The notes beneath the pieces are model-generated. The model was not told the origin of the DNA and did not search any database. It worked only from the letters and a program-made list of their open reading frames with translations. 64,000 bases of DNA from Mayamaea pseudoterrestris (taxonomy: Eukaryota), in the NCBI GenBank assembly GCA_027923505.1, contig BROI01000005.1, positions 930,001 through 994,000 on the forward strand, given 5' to 3'. Within the stretch, counting starts at the first letter, position 1; the number at the start of each line of letters is the position of its first letter. Both the position numbers and the translations under genes were made by a program. Shown here in pieces: positions 22,039 to 32,400 of this stretch.

Positions 22039-22952
22039 TTAACAATCGGGCTGAAGAGGCACTGATCCCGGAATAAGGGCTTGGCAATAAAGTCCCATAA
22101 ATCCAATCATTGCCTGCGCAACGAGAAGGAAGCAGTTGTAAGTGTGATGTGTGATGAATAACTTGATCGGCAAAAAGTAATTTTACACGTACAAGACGGC
22201 CATTCTTGATCTCGGAATCGCGTCCACGAGCCAGCTGATCCGGTGATTTGTTCTTGGAAAGACCTAGAGGATCGTAGAGTCCTGGAACCATGTTTTTGCC
22301 TGGCACACCCCCTTTCAAATAGTGTGTGCCGCGCTTGCTGAAGAATAGCTCGTCGTGAAACTCAATAAGACCGGCAAAGAGAAGCAATTGTGCCTTGCCC
22401 CAGCCAGGAACAGCCGCCCAAGCATCTAGTCCTTTGCTTGGGACATCGCCAAACGCAAGGTCGTGGGCAAGCTCGCCAGGTAGATGAATGCCAGCAGCGA
22501 CAGCTGACCAGCCAACAAACTATTCACAGTGACGAGTGAGAGGGGAACCTTTGCATGAAAAACTTAAATGTAAAGAATCAAAACTTCTGCTTGTGTGATG
22601 ACTTACAGCTGCCATGGCCTAACGGTAGATGACATATATATGCAAAATGTGAGCCATGACGATGCACAAGAAAGAGTGATATGTTCATGACTACAATCGA
22701 ACTCACAATGCGTCCATGCTTAATTTCGCTGTGCCGAAACCAGGCCAACGTCTCGTCGGATCCAAAGTCGGCGAGACCACAAGGGTCCCAGATTTTGCCC
22801 ATCTCCGTCGTGTCCGGTGACTTGAGAATCTCTGCCTTGGATACGCAAGCATCCATGGACGAAAGGTCAACTCTCGCCGATGTCGGAGACAAAGGAGCAA
22901 ATGCACTCGCCGAGGCGAGCATCGCAGCCAACAACGCAGTGGAGAGCTTCAT
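22039..22952 (-). CDS. Fucoxanthin-chlorophyll light-harvesting protein (LHC/FCP, Lhcq-like), 4 exons: 22952-22707, 22618-22607, 22519-22193, 22113-22039
   Basis: ASASA-FAP presequence; WDPCG...FRHSEIKHGRI|AMAA|FVG; YDPLG...SEIKNGRL|AMIG; all three introns are GT-AG and keep the frame. Confidence 0.93.
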
Positions 22953-23192
22953 GCTGTCGAGTGCAAGATGGTCGCAGAAAGAATTAATGTGAGCATTGTT
23001 GCAAGACGAGACCGAAAGATCGCGAGTTCAAGAGCGACATCATATCCATGACCATCCGGTACTGAACTGATCCGTTTCTACGCTGATAACCCGTTTCGAC
23101 CGCGACCATCGAAAAAACACGACAACTTCCGCTCGACCTATTTTTCCGAACAACAGCACAAGTACCATATAAGAAGCAGAAGGAGAGCAACA

Positions 23193-24178
23193 ATGGGCTT
23201 GGAGGATATGGAAATCGACGAAGGGACGCCATCGGTGCAGATAGGCGTCTTCAACGCGACGAGTACTGTTGACCCATCCGTCATTTCATCGCGAATTCTT
23301 CAGAGCGCATCGCTTCAAAAAGACGCTCAAGTAGTCGATGGCGAGCAAGACGAACAGCCGCATTTTCCTCAAGTATCGGCGCTACAAGCAAACAACAGCC
23401 GCTCCGAGTACAGACGTGTTCGATGTCCGCCGCATCGCTACACAAAGCTTCGCGAGCATTGGGAATCGATTCTCACGCCGCTTGTGGAATACCTCAAGCT
23501 GCAGGTGCGTTTTTTCTGTTAAAATTGAACTGAAATGCCGCAAGCGATGACCTCTCCCGACATTCAGACTCTCTCGTGTTGTTCCTGTCTAATGCAAACC
23601 CATTCTGGCACGGAAGCCTCGATTGAGATGATGACTGGGGCCGACAACATGTCGCTGTCTGATGCAGATTATCTGAACATGGTTTTGGTCTTTTCAATTA
23701 GTCTTGTCTGACGCTCCTTTTCCACTTTCTTGCTCAGGTGCGATTTAATACCAAGACGCGAAGTGTGGAGATGAAGACCTCTAAACATACTATTGATACG
23801 GGGGCATTGCAAAAGGGCGCTGATTTTGTGTCGGCGTTTATGCTTGGCTTTGAGGTTCAAGACGCCGTCGCACTGCTCCGGATGGATGATCTATATGTGG
23901 AAAGCTTTCAGGTCACTGACGTTAAGTATTTGCATGGAGATCACCTGTCACGAGCGATTGGTCGTATTGCTGGCCAAGATGGAAAGACGAGATTTGCTAT
24001 TGAGAATGCAACACGAACGCGGATAGTAGTCGCTGATCAACGCATTCATTTGCTTGGAAGTTACGCGAATTTACGGGTTGCAAGGAACGCTATTTGCGAT
24101 TTGATCTTAGGAGCTCCTCCAGGAAAAGTCTACAATAAAATGCGGAACGTGGCGAAGCGAATGAGCGAGCGATATTAG
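23193..24178 (+). CDS. PNO1: Pre-rRNA processing KH-domain protein PNO1/DIM2, 2 exons: 23193-23504, 23738-24178
   Basis: RRVRCPPHRYTKLREHW...LKLQ|VRFN; GDHLSRAIGRIAGQDGKTRFAIENATRTRIV; LILGAPPGKVY. Confidence 0.95.
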
Positions 24179-24275
24179 TTGCTGATGAATAATTCGTATA
24201 ATCGCCAATTGTGCATCAATCGAAAATATTCTACCGGTAGTCTGCCTGCTGTGGTAAATATATAGGCTACTTACT

Positions 24276-24320
24276 TGTTTTGGCCACACCATCTAATGTT
24301 TTGGCCACACCATCTAATGT
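24276..24320. repeat. Perfect 21-bp tandem duplication between convergent genes
   Basis: tgttttggccacaccatctaa x2 plus tgt. Confidence 0.9.
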
Positions 24321-24436
24321 AAAGACAGCCATTTTAAATGTCGCAATTACATCGACACTCAACTATGAAGTTATTGTACGTGTACATACAGGTTGTCCAT
24401 GGAAGGAGCGTGTGGCTCGTCATGATCCGCCGGTTG

Positions 24437-25964
24437 TCACATGTTAGACGGCGCCAAATGAGGTTGTTGGTAAGGACTTGCCCGTGGGAGCATGCCACTC
24501 CCATGCATGACCGATGAGTCTCGGGGAATGTACGAGACATGAAATTTCTTGACATTCCCTGTAGGAACCTGCGCGGCCAGAATGCGGCCAGGTTCGTCCG
24601 GGACAGATATATGAAGTGTTGTACCCGGCAGCGTGCCCGGAGGAACTCGAACCGACAAGAGCTTCTCTCGTCCGACCTGAGGCTGTTTTTTCGTCATATC
24701 ACCGCCAGCCATCATAGGTGGAAGCGCTGTTTGTGTCAACGGCTGCTGGGGTACGTAGGCAACATGAAACGAAGTTACTCCAGTTGGCACCTGCGCAGCA
24801 ACTGTGCGATTCTCTCCTGGAATTTCGACATAGATGGTTGTCCCAGGAAGTAGTTCGGGAGGTACATGAACAAAGATGAGCTTCTGATTGGGAGTAGTTT
24901 GTAGCTGAACAAACGATGGGCCGTCAGATAGTTCCTTTGTGGTATCGGGATCAGCCTTTTCTGGCGAAGACGGATCATTGGGCTTGGGAGTGAAAAAGTC
25001 TTCCATGCTCTTGACAAACGAAGATGACGAGTGAAGTTGATTTGTTGCTAATTTGTCTTCCAAAACTGTGTCTCTTCGGTGGTCTTGGTTTTGGTCTGGT
25101 TCTAACTGGGCAGAAACGCGAGTGACAGATGCTTGCATAGCTTCGCCTTCGACCTTTTTTATTTGTGAGGATATGACGCTTTTGGCAGGTTTGGAGGCTT
25201 GAGACTGTTCGCCGTAGGAATCAATTTGACGAATTTCATCTCGATCGGAGCCGCATGTCGCATCCCGATGCTCCTCTTGATCGCGAAAGGCCGTTCTTAC
25301 AAGATCAGATGTTGGGCTTTCAAAAGCTCGTGCTGCCTCTGCCACGTCCTTTTTTGCCTTCTCCATTGCAGCAAGAACATCTGGGTCGGGCTTGGGGGTT
25401 AGAAAGTCTTCAATTACTTGAACAAAAGATGGCGATTGGTCAACGGCTTCGACGGTTTCGCGGTTGCTCAATGCCGAGCTCGTCCCTTCGCCGCATAGTT
25501 TCTCTGTTGGTGTATATTTGCAGATGGGCGCGAATGAGCCTTGTAATGTCAAAGTCATCTTGGGAACCGGCGGAAACTTGACGAGGAAGGCTTGGCCAGG
25601 ATGCAGTCCAATAGGAATGACAGTGTCGACCGTTCGACTGCCATCCGGCGATCGGACTTCAATCTTCTGTCCTGCGCAGACACCGGGAGGCAAAATAACT
25701 GGCGAAATAGAAATGAGTCAGCTCATAAAGAACACAATCTTTAAGGTTATGATGGTCCTGAAAGCCGCACTTACCGGAAACAAGAAGCTCTTCCATTTCA
25801 ACGGAGATTTCCTCCTCGTTGCCGACGACAGCTGCATCGCAGCTTTGAGTCGGGGCGGCAGATGCTGGCTTAGCCTTCTCGTCAATTTTATGCTTAATCA
25901 TTTCAGCTGAATCCTGCATCTCCTCTGCACTCAGAGGTTCGAAGGGATCGCAGCAGCAAATCAT
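24437..25964 (-). CDS. Hypothetical protein with three V.VP.G..PG..V..P repeats and N-terminal CCC, 2 exons: 25964-25775, 25698-24437
   Basis: Intron gtaagt...cag (25774-25699) joins MICCCDPF...LLVS to VILPPGV; repeats ILPPGVCAGQKIEV, VHVPPELLPGTTIYV, VRVPPGTLPGTTLHI. Confidence 0.7.
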
Positions 25965-26424
25965 GGCGCTTAATATTTGTGTTCGACTGATGATGGAGGA
26001 GATGAGGCGACGAGCGAGGACTTGCTTAGCTGTTGTGTCGTCCGAGTGATGTGCTTCTCTCACGAATGATAACTTTTAGGTGTACATATCAGCCGCAAGA
26101 AATGAAACGCAGGGTGCATTCCGCGAGTCCTCTATATAACGCAAAGAAACGGATCTCGGCGACAAGATCGTGCGCGTTCAACGACATGGAATGTTTGTCG
26201 AACATCGCCAATAAAATGTGAGGCACGGCTGGCGCGATGTGTCGGATACTTAGCGAAAAGAGTGGAATCGGCACGCGCTACGGATGAGTATCGGTACCAG
26301 TACGACATGTGAGCGACGTTTGGCCCTCATCTCAAGCTCATTATGACTGTGACCAAGATTCGCTGCGCGACTACCGAATATTGACCATATCTTTCATCAT
26401 CACTCTACCCATTATAGTTAGTGC

Positions 26425-27072
26425 ATGATAGCCATGTCATCACAAGCAGCTCGAAAGGCTTGGAACGAGGCAATGAAGGCGACAGCCGGATCGGCTCTAT
26501 CACCCGCCCTCCAGCAGCATGCAACGAAACGTCGATCTGGTCGCACTACTAAACAGAAGCGCCGAGCGAAAGCACGACGGGTCACTGTGCATGATGAAGG
26601 AAATTCAGAATATCGAGCTGCAATTTGGATGGATGCATTGGAGGAAGCTGATCTGATGGCGAATGCAGAAATGGACGACGATGAGTTTGACGAACTTGAG
26701 GAACTTCAAGGCGGTACCAAACGGAGCAAGAAAAAAGTTAAATTACTCAAGAAGGGCGTCATTCCGAAGAGATTTGTCGCTCGTTCCCTTGCTGCAATCC
26801 TTTTGGACGATGCAAGCAAGGACGATGGACCTGCCCGAGACTTTATGAAAGCGGAAGCCATGTTACCAAAGGATCGGCAGGTGCCTGCTCGTAAATTCTG
26901 TCCAGTCACAGGGCTGGGAGCAAACTATCGGGAACCGAAGAGCAGCATTTACTTTGCGAGTATGGAAGCATTGGTGCAGATTCGTGAGCGTAGCCCTCCT
27001 TGGATACACATCGGAGGATGTGCTGCGTATCATGATTGCACAAAATGCCTTGTCGACGACGGCGAAGGATAG
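26425..27072 (+). CDS. YL1-C domain protein (SWR1/INO80 subunit-like; N-terminus resembles Vps71/SWC6)
   Basis: Basic N-terminus, WMDALEE, RSLAAILLDD, then PARKFCPVTGLGANYREPKS (YL1-C-type C.VTG..A.Y..P). Confidence 0.65.
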   Translation: MIAMSSQAARKAWNEAMKATAGSALSPALQQHATKRRSGRTTKQKRRAKARRVTVHDEGNSEYRAAIWMDALEEADLMANAEMDDDEFDELEELQGGTKRSKKKVKLLKKGVIPKRFVARSLAAILLDDASKDDGPARDFMKAEAMLPKDRQVPARKFCPVTGLGANYREPKSSIYFASMEALVQIRERSPPWIHIGGCAAYHDCTKCLVDDGEG

Positions 27073-27414
27073 CATTTTTTTACACAACTATTCTTTGCGC
27101 TAGAATCGATACCTGCGGAAGCTTCTTTTGTCTATTCGAGTTACTGGTGGAAGGTTGATTGTGTTGACAGGCATCCGCATTGTGGTTGTATGCTGATGTT
27201 GCCATCTTGTCGACGTCAAACATGATGGCTATGACACGTAAGATTCCGGAAATTTTAGTAATGTCTGACATGGAACCTATATTCCAATGGAATGATGAGC
27301 CTGATAAGTTGGTAAAGTCAGCTCTCTTTCGTGCAAAGCTTACCAAAAAAAATATGTAGCAATTACACCACGTAATGATGACAGTTTTCAAAATCTAACT
27401 TAGCATTGGGGACC

Positions 27415-28893
27415 TCATTTTTGATACACACCTGCATGCGCTACCGGTACAAGCAATGTCTTCATTGCCATGAAATCCGTCAAACATTCTAATAGCCACC
27501 TTAAATCCGACGTCATGTAGTGGATCGCTCGGGACCATCCAGCATCATCGTTTCCGCTTAGCTGCTCCAGATCAATATCCCCAACCTTCGTTGGTGATAT
27601 ATCGTAATATAGAGGGGATACGGCCACATTATTGATTAAGCCTGAGCCAACCGCGTCATGGACTATAATCATAACGTGCTGAACAACCGCGTGCAATAAT
27701 GCATTCCATGTCATGAGGGACTTACTTTCCTTCGCTTCTTCTCCAAGAGTATGTGCCTCGAACAATCGCCCTTCACTTCCATCGCATGCGCCAGCACTTC
27801 CGCTCGCGAGTGGGTAATAAAGAATTTTTGCGCAATGCGACAGCGGGACGATTCGCCAGTGCGTCGACTGAAAGCTAAACGACGTGGCGATGGCGAGAAG
27901 TAACTGTGCCGCTAACGACCAACCCGCTCGAATCTCCTCACGTTTCACGTCCCCTTTCGGTCTATAGACTAAACGCAATTCATTAATAAGAGGATACCGT
28001 AAACCTCTCTGATTGTCAGTCTGTAGTCGATACATGACAGGAAGCAGTTGCACCTGGGTCGAACAAAGGCGTCGCACTCTGTCTTGCCGATCCGCAAGCG
28101 TTCGAACGAGCAGCTCCTGGTCAATGTTGAAGACTCGAACCTGCAGCTCCAGCGTGCTGAAATCCTCGTCAATCGCACATACCAGGTCGTCTAGCTGGTT
28201 TTCCAAAAGAGCTTGGTCTTTAAGAACGATTGTCAGACGGGTTGCTTCTTCTTCGTGCAATCGACAGGCTTCGTGGAGCATGTGAATTTCAGTTGCCAGT
28301 GCATTTCGTCTTGTTTCCACGGCTACTTCAAGTCGATTAAAAGATTGTTGATTGGTCGTGATAAAGTGTTCATCTGCCATCTGTATAGCGAGTTTCCAGT
28401 GCGCCTCGATCCACTCTTCGTTCTGATTGGCGGTGGCATACTGGTTCGTTTCGTTTGTAATACGTTGAATATCTGTCACCATGGCTCGGCTGACCCTGAA
28501 TAGACGTCAGTTGAAGAAAAATAAAGAGGATTCAGCGCAGTGGCAGTACACGCGATGCCACTTTATCGCAACATGGAGTCCGACTCACCGTTCCACGCAG
28601 TCGCTGCACAACTGTGGCGGGTCGAGAGAATGATTAGCTGCGGTTCCTAACAACTGCAGCAACCGATAGTTATTCTCAAGACTCCCTTCGTGTTTACGAT
28701 TAAAGAGTAACGGCTTGATGAATGCAGGCGACTCGTTGACATGATGGAGCGGCAAATGAACGAACGAGTCTCCGAAGTGTCGTAACGTCGACGTTGCCGT
28801 CAGCGAAGAGTTTGCCTCGTTTAAGCAGTAATGATTTCCACAAGAGCAATCATTTCCGCTCGATTCTCCAACAACTGGCAAAGTTCGTGACAT
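27415..28893 (-). CDS. ATG6: Beclin-1/Vps30 (divergent), 2 exons: 28893-28589, 28495-27415
   Basis: DSFVHL, PPQLCSDC, coiled coil, then BARA-like PLINELRL...EEIRAGWSLAAQLL and WSRAIHYMTSDLRWL. Intron gtgagt...ttcag. Confidence 0.8.
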
Positions 28894-29078
28894 AATTAGT
28901 GGTGATGCAATATGTTCGTAATATATGTTCAGTATGAACTATCAGCTGCAACCCATCACATCAGACTCGATTGAAAGATTTTTCCAGGCCGCGTCGCTCC
29001 GGTTCTCTTTTAGCTATGACAGCACGTCTAAGTCACGCGTCTGTCGTCGAAGCGATATTCATTAGATTGGTACCTGTG

Positions 29079-29405
29079 TGTTGCAAACCATGTTAGCTTA
29101 GTGGAATCGAGGATGACACCGAAGATGACATCTATTGAAGATGACGATGATTGGACCGAGGTACAATCAAAGGAGAGGAAGGCTAATAGAAGGGCTTCCT
29201 ACAAGTGTCAAGAAGGGCAGATGCTCCGAGTGAAGGCCCTGGGATAGGACCAGAGGAGGCATCTGATTGTGGCTCTTCACTTGTATCAACGATCAAGGAT
29301 CGTTGACACCAGTCAAGTAGCAAGTAGTGCTCACAAAGCAGTAGAAGAGTCGGTTTAAAGTAATCAGTACGGTTACCACCAGATTCGTTTTGTAGTTATT
29401 CGACA
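29079..29405 (+). repeat. 5' LTR
   Basis: tgttgcaaacc...ttattcgaca; differs from the 3' LTR at 5 of 327 positions. Confidence 0.97.
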
Positions 29406-29456
29406 CGTTAATTAACGTTCACTTCGATCAACAAGAGCTAGCAAGCAACAGACATC

Positions 29457-32400
29457 ATGACGGCCGACACGAGAGAGATTCGAACCAACAAGATGAAGGG
29501 CGTCCCGTTCAAGGGAGAGACGCGAGAGCAGTTTGAGCAGTTCAAGATTATGATCCTCAGAGAAGCCAAGCAAAGCGGCTGCATCCCTTTCCTCATAAGT
29601 GATATGACAAAGGACGTCAACGGAAACCCAACTCCCTTCCTCACGGACATGGAATACGCCCGTCGTCAGATCTGGACGACAGCGGCCACGACAGCAACGT
29701 CGACGCTTCCACGCCCGCCACCCGCTTCGCCAAGTACGACGTTGCCAACAGAGGTTGGAGAGACGGCAGCTACGCCAAGAACCCTGTTTACTTCCTTCCG
29801 CGAGCCAACGTCGCACGAGCTTCTGATGTACCAGAAGGATGCGGAAGCAGGAAACGCCTTGATGGCGAGCGCCGAGAACCCGGGCCTTCGTCAACGCCTC
29901 AACGATAAGAAGACGGCGCATGAGATGTGGTTGATGCTGAACGTCGAGTTTGGCTCTACTCACCTCGTTACCAACCTTGGTAAGCTCAAGAAGAAGCTCA
30001 TCCAAACGACTCCGAGAGACTACGACAAGCCCGAAGAGTTCTTCAGTGTGATCGACTTGAGGAACGGCAACCTTGGCCTCATCGACAACGGCAAGTACAA
30101 GTTCGATGACATCGAGTTGACAATCTTGATGTACGAGAGCATCCCCGATAAAGGAGACCCCAAGTGGGAGGCTTTCAAAGTGGTCCATTCGCCCAACTTG
30201 ACCACGCTGACAGGACTGCAGTTCCGCGAGCTCCTGAAGGACAGCTGGGATCACTTCGGCAATCCTTGCGGCAGCAAGAAGACTGGCAGGGACAAGGATC
30301 ATGCGCTCGCCTTCACGAGCGGCAAGAAAGGTGGATCTGGAAAAGGATACAAGGGCAAGGGTGAGTTCAAAGGCAAGGGAGGCGGCGACACCGCTACCAA
30401 GGCCAACAAACCCAAGAAATTCCGAGAAGACATCACCTGCTTCAACTGCGATAAGGTTGGACACTTTGCAAGCGACTGCAAAGAGCCAAAGAAGGAGAAA
30501 CAAGTCCAGTTTGCAGCATCTGTTAGCTCAACAAGCTCAAAGAAACACACGAAGAGCAGCAAAAAGGACTACGCGTTTGCAATAATGAGCGTTGAAGGGG
30601 TGACGCCAGCAGGCACGCTGGCTCCCACGGTGAAGCAATCTAGCTATGACTCCTTCTTCGATCCAGCCTCCCTCTCGAGTTCACTACCTACACCTACCAT
30701 TCACGCCTTCTACAACCAAGTTTCTGGTAAACAGGCATCATGGGGTTCAGTTTGTGACTCCCAAGCCGATGACGACGACTTCGTTCGTTCGAACATAAGC
30801 CTTGGTGATGGTTCGTTAGCTAGATACGAGATGGAGGAAGCCGAAAGCGAATGGGAAGCAATTGAAGAAGCAGCTGACAACCTTGCGGATACCAATGGTT
30901 ATCAGGACAATGAAGCCAGTGAGGGGTATGTCGCGGCGAGCAACGCCAGCGCCTTTGTGGTAGTTGACTCCACTGTCCCGATCTGGATTGGTAATCCACT
31001 GTTAGCTGGAATTGGTGCGAGCGGCCCTCCCGATGGAAGCGACCATGGGGATGACAGCACCTCTGGCGACGGATGGTCTCCAAGCATCAGCAGTGAATCA
31101 AGCGATGATACAAACGTCACGCTTTCAGAGCTCTATACATGGGAAGAGGCTATGCTCATGTCAGAGAATAAGCACTCGAAGCCGCGCTCAGCCAAAGGCA
31201 TGAAGTTTACCGACAAGCGCAGCGAGATTGAGAAGCTCAACACTCTTCATAAAGAAGTGCAGAAGCAACTTGCAGTGACTGAAAGGCTTGGTAATAGACC
31301 TCCTGACGACTTGTTCATGCAGGTCTTGAAGACTCGATGGTTGAATCGCCCTGACGACGCGCCACTCGATCTGCTCACCAAGTACAAAGTCTTCTGCTAC
31401 TTGAGAGACGAGGAAAGCTCAATGGCAAGCAGCGTCAACAGCTACTATGCTCTCTCAGGAGAGATGATCCAGCGGAACATCACTGAGTACCATCATACAG
31501 CAATGAGGACGACGATGCAGGAGGAGCGAGCTCGACTCGCGGAGGGACAGATCTGTTACCCCGACCCCGGCCAATTCTGGGACCACGTCGTGTGCGATCC
31601 TAGATACAACAATCTACAAGCGTGTACCACTGAAGCAGAGCGACAGTGTGCTAGAGAGTATTTCCGGAATCAAGAGCGAGCAATCCAGCTTGCTGCCGAA
31701 GAAAACTGGAGCGGTCCATACAGCTTCGACGGAATCCGGTCCAACTTCTTTATACCAGTCAGGTTGATGGATGGAAGTGAACTGGAGTATCAGCAGCGAG
31801 CCGAGGCGTATTTTCGCACACCCGCGAACCAAAGGGTTGTTAGCAACTTCCCTATGCGTTTTAATGGTGGCGAAGAAGAGAGCAGCAACGAGCCGAGCGC
31901 ACTCGTCCGTGGAAGAGCTGCCGAAGAAGAGAGCAGCAGCATACCAACGGAGGTCACCGTTGCGCTTGGACACCTTGACTTTGCAGAACAATGGGAATGG
32001 TTCATGAACATTCGCCGACGTGAACAGTATGTGCACGAGCAATTGATGTGTGATATTCGCTGCAGCGTTCAGTGGATCCCGGAGTTCGATTGCGTTGTTG
32101 TTCCAATCGACTACGTCGCAGCAGTTATGGCTGCGACAGACGGCCACACCAACCACACGAACAAGTATCTTCTCGACTCAGGAGCTACTCAACACGTCTC
32201 TTCCTCCGACATGGGAATGAGTTATCTCCAAGCTTGTCCGCTGATTTTGACGGCGGCGAATGGAGAGCCGATGTACACGCCAGTGATGGGAGACTTGCCA
32301 TTACAGACGAAGACGGGGATTCGACTCACGTTGACGGGCGTTCCCGTCGTGCCTACAGCACCGATGAATATAATCAGCATGTCAAAGCTACTTGATGCTG

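Noticed and set aside
29412..30503. 363-aa antisense ORF over gag
   Set aside because: It starts at a non-ATG codon and is explained as the shadow of codon-biased gag; no recognisable domain.
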